This document shows positions 48,401 to 60,046 of a stretch of DNA of 64,000 nt, piece by piece. Below the pieces are notes generated by a model. The model ran no database searches. It was not told the DNA's origin and was given only the letters and a program-made list of their open reading frames with translations. Position 1 is the first letter of the stretch, and every line of letters starts with the position of its first letter. The DNA is taken from assembly GCF_033153115.1 (NCBI RefSeq), contig NW_026889779.1:25358001-25422000 (forward strand), in the 5' to 3' direction. The position numbers were made by a program, and so were the translations under genes. This stretch comes from Saccostrea echinata (Eukaryota).

Positions 48401-50273
48401 AACTCCGGTTATTGCTGCTTAAATATGACCTTGATGGAAAAAACATATATGTGAATAAAATTTTTGTTAGCAGACAGTCTCACATTATTACATGAAGATA
48501 AATTTCTTGCAAATAAAAAGTGATTTGGTACACAATGAAACATTAATCTAATATCTGACATACAACTTCAATTGTCTTTGATTTAATATTAGTACACTAT
48601 CAACAATGCTGGCATAAGTTTTAAAGCACAACTAAAGAATATTTTTTTTTTATTAAAGGACCAGGTGTGGAGCACTAACAGGATTCACTTGAAGGCTTGG
48701 CAGAAGGGAAGGACAGGGTTCCCTCTTGTGGATGCTGCTATGAGACAACTGTGGTTAGAGGGGTGGATCAATAACTACCTCAGGCACGTGGTGGCCTCCT
48801 TCCTCATATCCTACCTCCGCATTCACTGGGTGGAGGGATATAGGTGGTTCCAGGTATACACAAAATTTATTTTCTTGTTGTGTTAATGGTGTATTTTCCT
48901 GATTTAAATAAGGTATATTTACTTCTTGTGTTGATTTCCCTGACTTTTTTAAAAACAATTTTTGAATTTGCTTTAGTGTCTTTAAAAGAAGGGTGTACAA
49001 TGAGTGGTTATATAACAGCCCAGCTTTGTGAGGATTTAGGATTCAATGTTGTATTACAGGAGTAAAATAACAATTAAATGCTATATCACATATTTAAAGA
49101 TTTACTGTGATGCTTTCATTTCATCATATTGAAAAATTCTCACTGGATTACGTAGTGACAATCTAACTATACAATTCATTTAAAATAACCTGTCAGTGTC
49201 TTTTGTTTTAAACTTCATGTAAAATACTTCAAATGATTTTTTTATTCAGTGTAAATTACATGTAGTAGCTATGCAGAAAACAGTGTCATTTAGAAAGATA
49301 TGGAAAAAGTTTTTTTACACTGAATTGTCAGTACTGATTATAATTTTCACATGATACAATTATATATAATACAAATATAAATAAGAGCAATTCAAAAAAA
49401 AAAAAATGAGTTCAACTGAAGAATTTCACTGAAAGAATCTAATGCTAAAGATTCATTGTATAAGAAAGTAAGTGAGATATATATATTTTTTGTATTGTGA
49501 ATTATTTAGGACACTCTGTTGGATGCTGATGTGGCTATTAATGCTATGATGTGGCAGAATGGTGGTATGAGTGGTTTAGATCAGTGGAATTTTGTCATGC
49601 ATCCTGTGGACGCAGCCTTGACCTGTGACCCAGATGGAGCTTATGTTAGGCGGTGGTGTCCAGAGATTGCCTCCCTCCCTAACGACTTCATACACCAGCC
49701 CTGGAAATGTCCCCCCTCCATTCTTAGAAGATGTGGTGTAAAATTAGGTAAGTTCCATACACAGATCTAGGTTTGGAGTATCCTTAGAAATTTCCATAGC
49801 TTGTTAGAACATTTTTTTTTGCTGGACATGGACTGAACCCTTCAGATGTTTTCCTTCCCAATAAACAGCTCTTAATATTCAATTGATTCTTATTGATTTC
49901 CACAGGAGAGACATACCCTGACCGAGTTCTGACAGATCTGGAACAAGCCAGGGAGCAGTCATTATCAGACGTTGTAGCTGTTCGCAAAAAACACCCAGAG
50001 TATGTAGACAGACGGACAGGTAATGACCTTGTACCTCTCCCTAATGGCCTCTGTCTCCCAGTCATCACAAGAATGGAGTTTAAATACAAATCACATCACC
50101 CAGAGGCTAAGGACAACCCTCACACAGCTGTACTTAGGGGGTACAGGTCAAGGAAAAGGGATGAAGCCATCGCTTTTGCCAATGAGAGAGACTTTATGGC
50201 AAGCACGATGAATGAATGTATGAAGATGAATGAAAGGAAACTCAGAGCAAATAATCTTCAGTCCTTTTCTTGA
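42495..50273 (+). CDS. Cryptochrome/photolyase family protein, plant-like CRY / class III CPD photolyase-like, 754 aa; exons 42495-43646, 44122-44206, 44570-44796, 48659-48853, 49510-49747, 49906-50273
   Basis: Six in-phase exons (2265 nt); WLRRDLRLYDNPAL, GGATKLWLHHAL, SPYLHFGQISPR, FLRKLAWRD, AWQKGRTGFPLVDAAMRQLWLEGW, RHVVASFL, HWVEGYRWFQDTLLDADVAINAMMWQ, DPDGAYVRRWCPE; N-terminal extension of about 178 aa. Family certain; subfamily is inference. Confidence 0.92.
44779..45348 (+). repeat. 30-bp minisatellite spanning the exon 3/intron 3 junction (left arm, about 19 units)
   Basis: Unit ACCAGGGTACATTACAGG|GTAAGACCATTT; the first unit is the real exon end and donor. Confidence 0.95.
45349..47407. 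mobile_element. hAT-like element splitting the 30-bp array, with nested TTAA-flanked element (46192-46877)
   Basis: TIR CAGGGCTTGAAATA / TATTTCAAGCCCTG; flanks ACCATCTG/ACCATTTA. The nested element has about 150-bp imperfect TIRs GGCTAGGTATAGGC...GCCTATACCTAGCC between TTAA sites. Confidence 0.8.
47408..47920 (+). repeat. 30-bp minisatellite, right arm (about 17 more diverged units)
   Basis: Same ACCAGGGTACATTACAGGG(T/A)AAGAC unit resumes directly after the transposon TIR. Confidence 0.92.
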
Positions 50274-51003
50274 CATTGTGTATAGAGGAATAATCATTTC
50301 TGAGCTTTCATGGACAACACTGCTGATATATTGTTTAAATCTAAAACAATAATCCTGTGATATGAGCGAAATTTGTGAATGTTTAAAATTGAGGAGAAAG
50401 CTGTTGTTAATGCATAATGCCATATGTAAATTATTAGTCTGGTTGATATTAAGTGAATGATGAGAAGTTGTTACATAATTTAGGATACCAGAAAGATTTT
50501 AGATCATTACTCATGATCAGACTTGTTTAACCCTATTTTGCCCTGGGAAATAAATATAATACAGTAATTAAGCCTTTCTTTTCTTCAGTTGAAGAAGTAT
50601 ATTTAATGGGTTTTCTGCCATTAAGAAATTCTGATTCCCTGATGGTTTAAAGTATTTTTACTTACAATGTAATTAAGCTTTGTTATGAAACGAGTAATTG
50701 AGGATTATATAAACTTATTTCTCAGTCAAAAAAAAATCATGCAGGGAAACAGAATATGGTGCTAAGCTTTAATCAATTTACACTTAGAATAGAACCTTAA
50801 AAATTTTAGATTTATACACTGTACTTATACACTGTACATACATGTGAAATGATTTGTGGTGTCCTGCAGAAGGTCAATGGGGTTTTCCTGGGGACCAATT
50901 AGGCACCGAAAATGACATTTGTTTTCTACTATTCCCTCTATTGGCCTCCAAACTCCCGAGCCCTAGAATTGCAAATCTATTGAAATTTAATAATTATATT
51001 TCA

Positions 51004-51572
51004 AAAGGACAAGGTAGGCTAAGACCCCTTTTTGGCCCCTGGTTTTGGGTGTCTGTTAGAACGATGCAATAGTTCATCATTAGAAATCTACACTCATCCC
51101 TGTCACAAAATGAGTATTGATTCTTAGTAAGGGGATTCAAAGAGGTCACAAAGTGCCAATTTCTGCATTTTCATAATTTATTCAAATTTTCATAAATTTT
51201 AAAGCACATTCTTTTCGGAAATCAGAGCTCAAGCTTGCATATATACGTCAAATTTAATACATTTCATTTGTATTAGATGCATCTTTTGTATGAAAATCTA
51301 AGATAGGCAAGCTTAATTGTGCTTTGTGTTCTCCAAAGTGAAAAATATCTCATTTTTTATGAAATTCCAACAAAGCTGAGGAATATTCCGTAAAATGTCA
51401 TACTAAGTCACTTTCTTTTTACATCCTTATACACTTTGAATCAAAATTAGTGCTGGTTTTAAAGCAAGCAACATTCAAAGTTCTTAATTGCAAACCATCA
51501 CAATTTTAGCTGTGTACTGATTTTTATATCAAATAAGGGGCCAAATTTTGCCGTTACCATACCTTGTCCTTT
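51004..51572. mobile_element. Kolobok-like non-autonomous element
   Basis: TIR AAAGGACAAGGTA / TACCTTGTCCTTT. Confidence 0.6.
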
Positions 51573-51906
51573 GAATTGGCCTCTGCTTAATGTAAAAGGA
51601 GTTTAAGGAAGAAGATGGTGTGTCAGATGGAGCGGAATAACAGCAATATACCGGGTACCCGAACTTCCCTTAGAAAGTGCGAGTATAATGTATATTGAAG
51701 TCATGCTGATCTCTAAAACTTTTTTAAAAATATATTTCCATATAGTGTTCCAAACTTTCTCTGACATTATGAATATAACAATGCAGTTCAACAATGAACT
51801 GCTAAGTTATTCAGAAAGTAATCTTGGTTTTGGCTACGGTGATACGAGCTCACTACGTCATAAAAAAGAGAGTAGTACATGTTTATTATAACGTCAGAAT
51901 ATTAAA

Positions 51907-52915
51907 AACAAGATGTGTTTATGAAACAATGATGCCCCTGTATGGCAACTTATAGTGAAGGTTAAACTTTCTCAAGTGCAAATCAAATATTTTGGTACCC
52001 AAAGTAAGGTCTTGTCTCGAGAAATATACCTGTGAAATATGAAAGCTCTAGCAGTAACCATTGAATAGATATGGAAAAGATTAAAGTTTATCAGAAGTAA
52101 GTCAAACATCAATTAAGATCAAGGTGAAACGGTCAAAATTAATGGTGACCAAGGAAAGCCTTCTCACAAGAAGTACACATGAAAAATATGAAAGCCCTAG
52201 CACAAACCATTCAAAAGTTACGGCCATCAAGGTTAAAGTTTTTCAAAAGTAGGTCAAACTCCAAGGTCAAAGTTGTTGGTAACAAAAGTAAGATCTTGTC
52301 ACAAAGATTACATATGCGAAGTATTAAAGTCTTAGCACCAACTATTTAAAAGTTATGACCAAGGATAAAGTTTTCCAAAAGTAAGTCAAACTCCAAGGTC
52401 AAGGTCAATGGGCTATCATTGTTGGTATCCAAAGGAAGGTCTTGTCACAAGAAATACACTTTTGAAGTATAAAAGCCCTAGCAACAACTGTTCAAAAGTT
52501 ATGGCCAAGATTAAAGTTTTCCAAATGTAAGTCAAACTCCAAGGTCATAGGGTCAAAGTTGTTGGTATTCAAAGTAAGGTGGTCTTATCACAAGAATTAC
52601 ACGTGAATTATGAAAACCCTAACACCAACCGTTTGGTTAAACTTTTTCAAGTGCAAATCAAAGATTTTGGAACCCAAAGTAAGGTCTTTTCTCGAGAAAT
52701 ATACCTGTGAAATATTAAAGCTCTAGCAGCAACCATTGAATAGATATGGAAAAGGTTCAAGTTTTTCAAAAGTAAGTCAAACATCAAGATCAAGGTCAAA
52801 CGGTCAAAATTAATGGTGACCAAGGAAAGCCTTCTCACAAAAAATACACATGTGAAATATGAAAGCCCTAGCACCAACCATTCAAAAGTTATGGCCATCA
52901 AGATTAAAGTTTTTC

Positions 52916-52946
<31 letters not shown>

Positions 52947-53577
52947 AAGTTGTTGGTATCCAAAGTAAGGTCTTGTCACAAAGATTACATATGCGAAGTA
53001 TTAAAGTCTTAGCACCAACTATTTAAAAGTTATGACCAAGGATAAAGTTTTCCAAAAGTAGGTCAAACTCCAAGGTCAAGGTTAATGGGTTATCATTGTT
53101 GGTATCCAAAGAAAGGTCTTGTCACAAGAAATACATATTTGAAGTGTGAAAGCCCTAGCTACAACTGTTCAAAAGTTATAGCCAAGATTAAAGTTTTCCA
53201 AAAGTAGACCAAACTCCAAGGTCAAAGGGTCAAAGATGTTGGTATTCAAAGTAAGGTGGTCTTGTCACAAGAATTACACGTGAATTATGAAAACCCTAGC
53301 ACAACCGTTCGAAAGTTATGGCCAAGGTTAAAGTTGATTTAAGTTTTGCAAAACTGGGTCAAACTCCAAGGTCAAGGTCAAAATGTCTAATACGATGGTA
53401 CCCAAAGAAAGATCTTGTCACAAGGAATACACATGTGAAATATGAAAGTCATTGCTCCAACCAATCAAAAGTTATAGGGCAATGTTAAAGTTTTTGCGGA
53501 CAAACAGATCAACAGAGAGACGAACGGACAGGGCAAAAACTATATATCCCCGAATCTTCGATTACGGGGGCATAAAA
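51907..53577 (-). mobile_element. HINE-like element with ~115-bp CAAGGTCA-rich monomers
   Basis: AACAAGATGTGTTTATGAAACA end, tandem monomers, GACA/GACG microsatellite, CCCCGAATCTTCGATTACGGGG hairpin. Confidence 0.8.
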
Positions 53578-54280
53578 AGATATACATGTATATGCAGCTT
53601 TATTAATGTTACTATAAAAATCGCTAGCTGTCATTGAGCATGAATTAACAGACAGACTGACTGTGCTAAGATGTTTTACACGTACATGTAATTGTGCGTA
53701 AAATCTACCAAAAAACTACACATTACCGATGTCAATCTCATTAAACAGGTGTAGTTGGTACTCACTCGTGTGATATCTGGCTTCCTAATCTTCTTTTATT
53801 TAAAAAAAAACATCTGAAGTCATTATGTTTGATATACGCTATCCTCTTTGCTATTTACATAAAAGATAAGATCTTGAAAAGGCCCTAAATCATATGTCAC
53901 CGACATATGTTTTGATCCTGCAGTTGGGTTAATTTTTCTGCTTAAGTTTTGTATGAAATGTAGCATCTTGGCTTAGATCGAGGAAACAATAGAAATGAAT
54001 GCCAATATGCCAATTTTTCCCCCTTAAAAATACAAGCTTGGCAAGAATCTCGAGAAACAAAAATATTGAGCACAAGCAGTTGTATAATCAAACGAGAGCA
54101 ACCTTGACTCTGTTTTTTTTTTTAATTTTAGATTATGCACATAAAAAAATGAAATTTTATCCCAAATATAAAGGGGGGGGGGGGGAATTTAAAATGAAAC
54201 CTGGACCTTTACCATCTGAGGATGCTTGCATATTTATATCACTTATTATGTCCCAGTTGTTGCTGAGAGGAAATTAAATA

Positions 54281-55120
54281 TTATGCCCCCGTAATCGCAG
54301 ATTTGGGGGCATACAGTTCCTGTCTTGTCCGTCCTTCTGTCTGTCTGTCCGCAATAACGTTAACCTTGGCCATACCTTTTGATTGGTTGGACCTATGGCT
54401 TTCATATTTCACATATGTATTCCTTGTGACAAGATCTTTCTTTGAGTACCTACATATTTGACCTCTTGACCTTGAAGTTTGACCCACTTTTGCAAAATTT
54501 TACAACACTTTAACCTTGGCCATACCTTCTTGGGCTTTCATACTTCACATGTTTATTCCTTATGACAAGACCTTCTCTTGGGCAACAACAATTTTGAATT
54601 TGACCCACTTAACAAAATCGTTAACCTTGGTCATAACTTTTGAACTGTTGGTACCAGGGCTTTCATATTTCACATATGTTTTCCTTGTGACAAGACCTTC
54701 ACTTGGGTACCAACAATTTTGACCCTTGGACCTTGACCTTGGAGTTTATCTACTTTTGAAAAACTTTAACATTGGCCATAACTTTTGAACGGTTGGTACT
54801 AGAACTTTCATGATTCACATGTATATTCTTTGTGAAAAGAGCTTTCACTGTGTACCAACAAATTTGACCCTTTGATCTAGACCTAGCTTGGAGTCTGACC
54901 TACTTTTGAAAAACTTTAACCTTGGCCATAACTTTTGAATAGTTGGTGCTAGGGATTTCATATTTCACATGTGTTTTCCTTGTGACAAGGCCTTCCCTTG
55001 GGACCAACAGTTTGCATCCGTTTACCTTGACCTTGGGAATTTTACTCGCATTTGAGAAACTTTAATCTTCGCAATGAGCTGCCTTACGGGGGCATAAGTG
55101 TTTCACAAACTCATCTTGTT
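54281..55120 (+). mobile_element. HINE-like element, same family as 51907-53577 in opposite orientation
   Basis: TTATGCCCCCGTAATCGCAGATTTGGGGGCATA hairpin, (GTCT)n, TGACCTTG-rich monomers, GGGGGCATAAGTGTTTCACAAACTCATCTTGTT end. Confidence 0.8.
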
Positions 55121-55124
55121 TTAA

Positions 55125-55712
55125 AGATAAAATGTCCTATATATTACTTTATCAAACTTTCCTCCCCTTTTGTGACTCACACCTAGGGACCATGGATTAA
55201 AAAGTACACTATATCTGAGAATGTTAGCATATTAATACGACTAATCATAGCCTTGCTGTTCTTAATCAAAGAATTTAATTTTTATAGAGTTTTTCCTATA
55301 TATTCTCCTTTTGTGGATCCAACCTTACCCTCAAGTCCATGATTTGAACAAATCTGAGTCGGGATTTTCCAAGGATGCTTACATATTTACAATGTATATA
55401 ACCAATCTTGTAGGCTCTGCATATCAATTTGACTAACCAAGACCTTGCTGTTCTTAAGAAGGCTTTGTTCGTTTGTATTCTTATGTAAAACTTTGATCCC
55501 GTATAACCGTGGGGGCATGATTACCTGAATATGCTTGCATACCAGTACATAAGGACTACTATACTTGAGAAGAACATTTTAAAAAGATTTTCCCTCTGTA
55601 TTCCCATGTAAAATTTTGATCCCCCTTTGTGACCCCACCTTACCACCGAAGCCATGATTTGTGCAACTTTCACTTTAGTTTTGTCTTTGAGCTTTGGTTC
55701 TTGAGAAGATTT
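55125..55712. repeat. Degenerate Cg170-like satellite monomers (another fragment at about 54200-54277)
   Basis: CATGATTTGAACAAA, GGATGCTT, GTTCTTGAGAAGA motifs shared with 36907-38108. Confidence 0.55.
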
Positions 55713-57642
55713 TGAAAGTATACAGAGAATTCTTAATTAAAAAGTAATGACGTTTGTTTTCTACTATTCCCTCTGTTTCTTGAAGTTATTTTCATGACTA
55801 GAATTTGTTGAATAAGACTGAAATAGAGATGCATAATTTTAAATTTATATATTTATATAATATCGGTATTCATAAAAGCAGATTAGTAATTCCCATAAAT
55901 ATTGTTAGAACAGTAAAGAATCGTCGTTTTCTGTTGTTAATTATCAGAAATAGGGCAATAGGACACAGGGCTACATACTGACATACTGTTACGTTAAATG
56001 AATGTAAATAATTAGAGCCTCGAAACTAACAAGACTATATCGATGAAAAGGTTAATTAAATTGTATGTATACTTAGGTTGTAATACGGCATAGACGTGCT
56101 TTTTTGCGTTAATTAAGCTATGTACATCCCCTCTTTGAAATTTATTTTACCACACTTTTTCACCATTTTCACGCGTATTTAATTAATTTTATTTGAGTTA
56201 TTTTCCCTTTCCTGTAGGTAAGGAGTTTTTTATGAGTTGTTTTTTTTTGTGGGTGGTTTGTTATTATACTTTGCTAAGACAAAGGGTTCATATTGTTCAT
56301 TTATTTAGCAAAAAGAAAAAAAGACACAGGATTTTCATTTAGATATGTGAAAGAAAAACACAAACACAAACAGAATCTTCCTGAAATGAGACAAATTTAC
56401 ATATAATTTCTATGATAAGACCAAAAGATAAAAAATGAAATTAAAATCAAAGTAAAACAAAACAAAAACAAAAAACATCTTTATGAAATGAGACAGATTT
56501 GCTTTAATAATTTTGCTCTAGCTGCGTAACTTCATGAACAGTATGCGATTTGAAAACGCCCCGATGACGACTGCCCGGTAATTACAGGGACAGAAATCCC
56601 TCTCTGTTTCACGTCACATTAGAGATGTACAAGGTGATAGACCTACAATATCAAACATCTATAATTAGTGCTTATCAATGAAATAACATACAGAAGAACG
56701 ATTATGTAATGCTGTTGTTTCATACTTGTAAGATCTATCATCGTATTAATTTATATATGCATGGACAGTTAACAGATTGCTATGATGTAGAGATTACTGC
56801 ATGTTGCATGCTTGCTATGCACTAAAAATATATATACATCCGTCAAGCGATGAGCCAGAAGTCAAACATGCTACATGCCTTTATCCATAAAGATGTATAG
56901 CTAAAGTAAAGAATTATGACATCTAATTAAAAGTCTGAACTATATCACCAAGTAAAGTGCAATTAAGCACATTCCTTTAACAATTCAACGGTATTTCTGT
57001 GTAAAAAAAAAAATCAAAATTAGAAACAAACCTGTAGAAGGAGATGTGATTTTAAAAGTATTTACAAAATGTCTAATTTTAATAACCATGACAGTACCGT
57101 TCATCGAAATCATAACCTATAAATAAAACATTGCATATTGATGAAGTCTACTTGTATACCAAGTTTTACAGAAATAGGATCACCGTTTTGAAACATCGTC
57201 TATAGACTAATAGACAACGGACAGATGGACGACAGATACCACACCAAAGCATAACTTCTCCGGTCGTTCTCCACTAAACCAATAAGAGTTTTGTGTAGGA
57301 AAAATCATTTTATAATCCTAAGTTCTCTCCACCGCTCTGAATAGATGTGCTTTTACTCGCATCCCCTTTGGCCAAAGAACTTGTCCTTAATATTTACACT
57401 TCCCAATGTTTTGTCAGTAATAACCTCTGGTAAATTTTCATATCCAAAACTCGTGTTGCATCTGAACTATTTTTTATGTGCTATTTGGTTGTCACTTCCC
57501 CAGAAGGCCTAGGTATTTTGTTTGAAATAGAGACCAAATTTCAGGAAGGCAACATAAACGTCTATTAACGGAGTATTTTACTTACTGTTTCATCACAGGC
57601 AAGATTATGATTACGAAGAGGTAAAAAATTGATAAAATTATT

Positions 57643-58741
57643 AAGTAACAAGTGTTAGTATAAGTAACAAGTGTTAGTATAAGTAACAAGTGTTAGTCAA
57701 AGTAACAAGTGTTAGTATAAGTAACAAGTGTTAGTATAAGTTACAAGTGTTAGTCAAATTAACAAGTGTTAGTTTAAGTAACAAGTGTTAGTCAAAGTAA
57801 CAAGTGTTAGTATAAGTAACAAGTGTTAGTCAAAGTAACAAGTGTTAGTATAAGTAACAAGTGTTAGTATAAGTTACAAGTGTTAGTCAAATTAACAAGT
57901 GTTAGTTTAAGTAACAAGTGTTAGTCAAATTAACAAGTTATGATATAAGTAACAAATGTCAGTATAAGTAACAAGTGTTAGTCTAAGTAACAAGAGTTAG
58001 TCTAAGTAACAAGTGTAAGTAAAACTAACAAGTGTTAGTATAAGTAACAAGTGTTAATCTAAGTAACAAGTGTTAGTAAAAGTAACAAGTGTTAATAAAA
58101 GTAACAGATGTTAGTATAAGTAACAAGTGTTAGTTTAAATAACAAGTTTTAGTATAAAAAAAAAAAGTGTTAGTCAAACTAACAAGTGTTAGTATAAGTA
58201 ACAAGTGTTAGTATAATAACAAGTGTTAGTCTAACTATCAAGTGTTAGTATAAGTAACAAGTGTTAATGTAGGTAACAAGTGTCAGTATAAGTAACAAGT
58301 GTTAGTCTAAGTACCAAGTGTTAATGTAAGTAAAAAGTGTCTGTATAAGTAACAAATGTCAGTATAAGTAACAAGTGTTAGTAAAAGTAACAAGTATTAG
58401 TATAAATAACAAGTGTTAGTATAAGTAACAAGTGTTAATATAAATAACAAGTGTTAGTCTAAGTAACAAGTGTTAGTCTAAGTAACAAGTGTTAGTATAA
58501 GTAACAAGTGTTAGTAAAAGTAACAAGTGTTAGTCTAAGTAACAAGTGTTAGTATAAGTAACAAGTGTCAGTAAAAGTAACAAGTGTTAGTATAAGTAAC
58601 AAGTGTCAGTAAAAGTAACAAGTGTTAGCATAAGTAACAAGTGTTAGTGTAAGTAACAAGTGTCAGTATAAGTAACAAGCGTTAGTATAAGTAACAAGCG
58701 TCAGTATAAGTGTTAGTATAAGTAACAAGTGTTAGTATAAG
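57643..58741 (+). repeat. 19-bp minisatellite, about 57 copies
   Basis: Unit AGTAACAAGTGTTAGTATA with variants ending GTCAA/GTCTA/GTAAA. Confidence 0.95.
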
Positions 58742-59929
58742 AATGATGTGTGGCAGGAATAATAAGAGGCTTTATGCCAATTCATATATATCCTTAAGTT
58801 TATATCTGAACAATTCGAATTATTTTACTGTGTATGTTAAGGACACATAAACGCATCAGCCTTAAGGTGGATCGACCCTCGGCTGGGGGAAGATAACGCT
58901 AGAATTTATAAACCACTGTTTCCTTTCTTTTTTTAAAAAAAGTCATATTCGATAAAAAGAAGTGTCTAATATTTTGTCACGCATGGTACGCTTTTTGTTT
59001 TAATTTTATTTTTATCTTGATTTTCTCTTAGAATTTTGTCATCATTACTAAACAATTACGTTTGATTGAGGCGAGTTTTGTTCTGCAGCTGTACAAGACG
59101 CTGTATAGGAAACAGCTGGTAAGAGAAGTACGCAAATATACCTCACCTTTAGTGAGTATTTACAACTTGTTTAATGGTAATGTTGACAAAACGACGATGA
59201 TAATAAGATTACGTAGGGAAAGCTATTGAAATTGTTAAATAAAAGACAACGGTTGGATAGATATTGAATGCCCTTCTTAATGTAAAGTACTCAATAATGT
59301 TTTATTATGTAAAGACGTTCACGAACTCGTGAAATACCTATAAAACCCCACAGAACAGACGGAATTTCCATACGTAGCAATACAAAGTTAACTGTATGAC
59401 CCATAAACCTTTTTATTTTATTACTTGATGTCTTTTTTAAAGGCATTCTTACATCAACTGTACGTCTTAAGCCTTTCATTTACCGACTTCATATCTCACA
59501 CTGGGGTCATTGATATTTTTTTTTGTTTACACGATAAGTCACTGGCCCTACGTTTCATATTTTAAAAGTTTGTCAGAACAAAAAAAAATACATGTATATC
59601 GGAAGTAAAATTATGATCTGAGTAAATGGTACCAAAAAATGTTCATCTTTAATTATTCATAGGAAGACAGTGCTTTGGGACTCAATTGAGAATTATATGT
59701 AGGTAAACTTGAGTTGGTTTCACGTCGGCAATGGTATCACTGTGCTTTAAGCTATCTGTCGTTCACTGTGTGTAATTTCCAAAATATTATATTGAGGTGG
59801 AAAATACAATAATTTTAAGAGATCGGAAGAACCAATGAGCACTTACATGTAGTTTAAAATACTGTTTTATAGCAATCTTCTTGGGCCTTTCCGGGAAGCT
59901 TGGAAAAAAACATGTCAGGTTGCCTTTGT

Positions 59930-60046
59930 GTCATATTGTTAATTTTGAATTTATAGGGTGGCAGTAAATACATAATTCACAGTTGTCATATTGTAAATTG
60001 TGTACTTACTGCCACCCGGTAAATTTCTAAATTTACAATATGATAC
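59930..60046. repeat. Imperfect ~115-bp hairpin
   Basis: TCATATTGTTAATTT...GGGTGGCAGTAAATACA paired with TGTACTTACTGCCACCC...AAATTTACAATATGA. Confidence 0.7.

Noticed and set aside
42495-50273. Bacterial contamination or recent horizontal transfer of a class III photolyase
   Set aside because: Five spliceosomal introns, host repeats inside one of them, and tight linkage to HERPUD show it is a resident nuclear gene.
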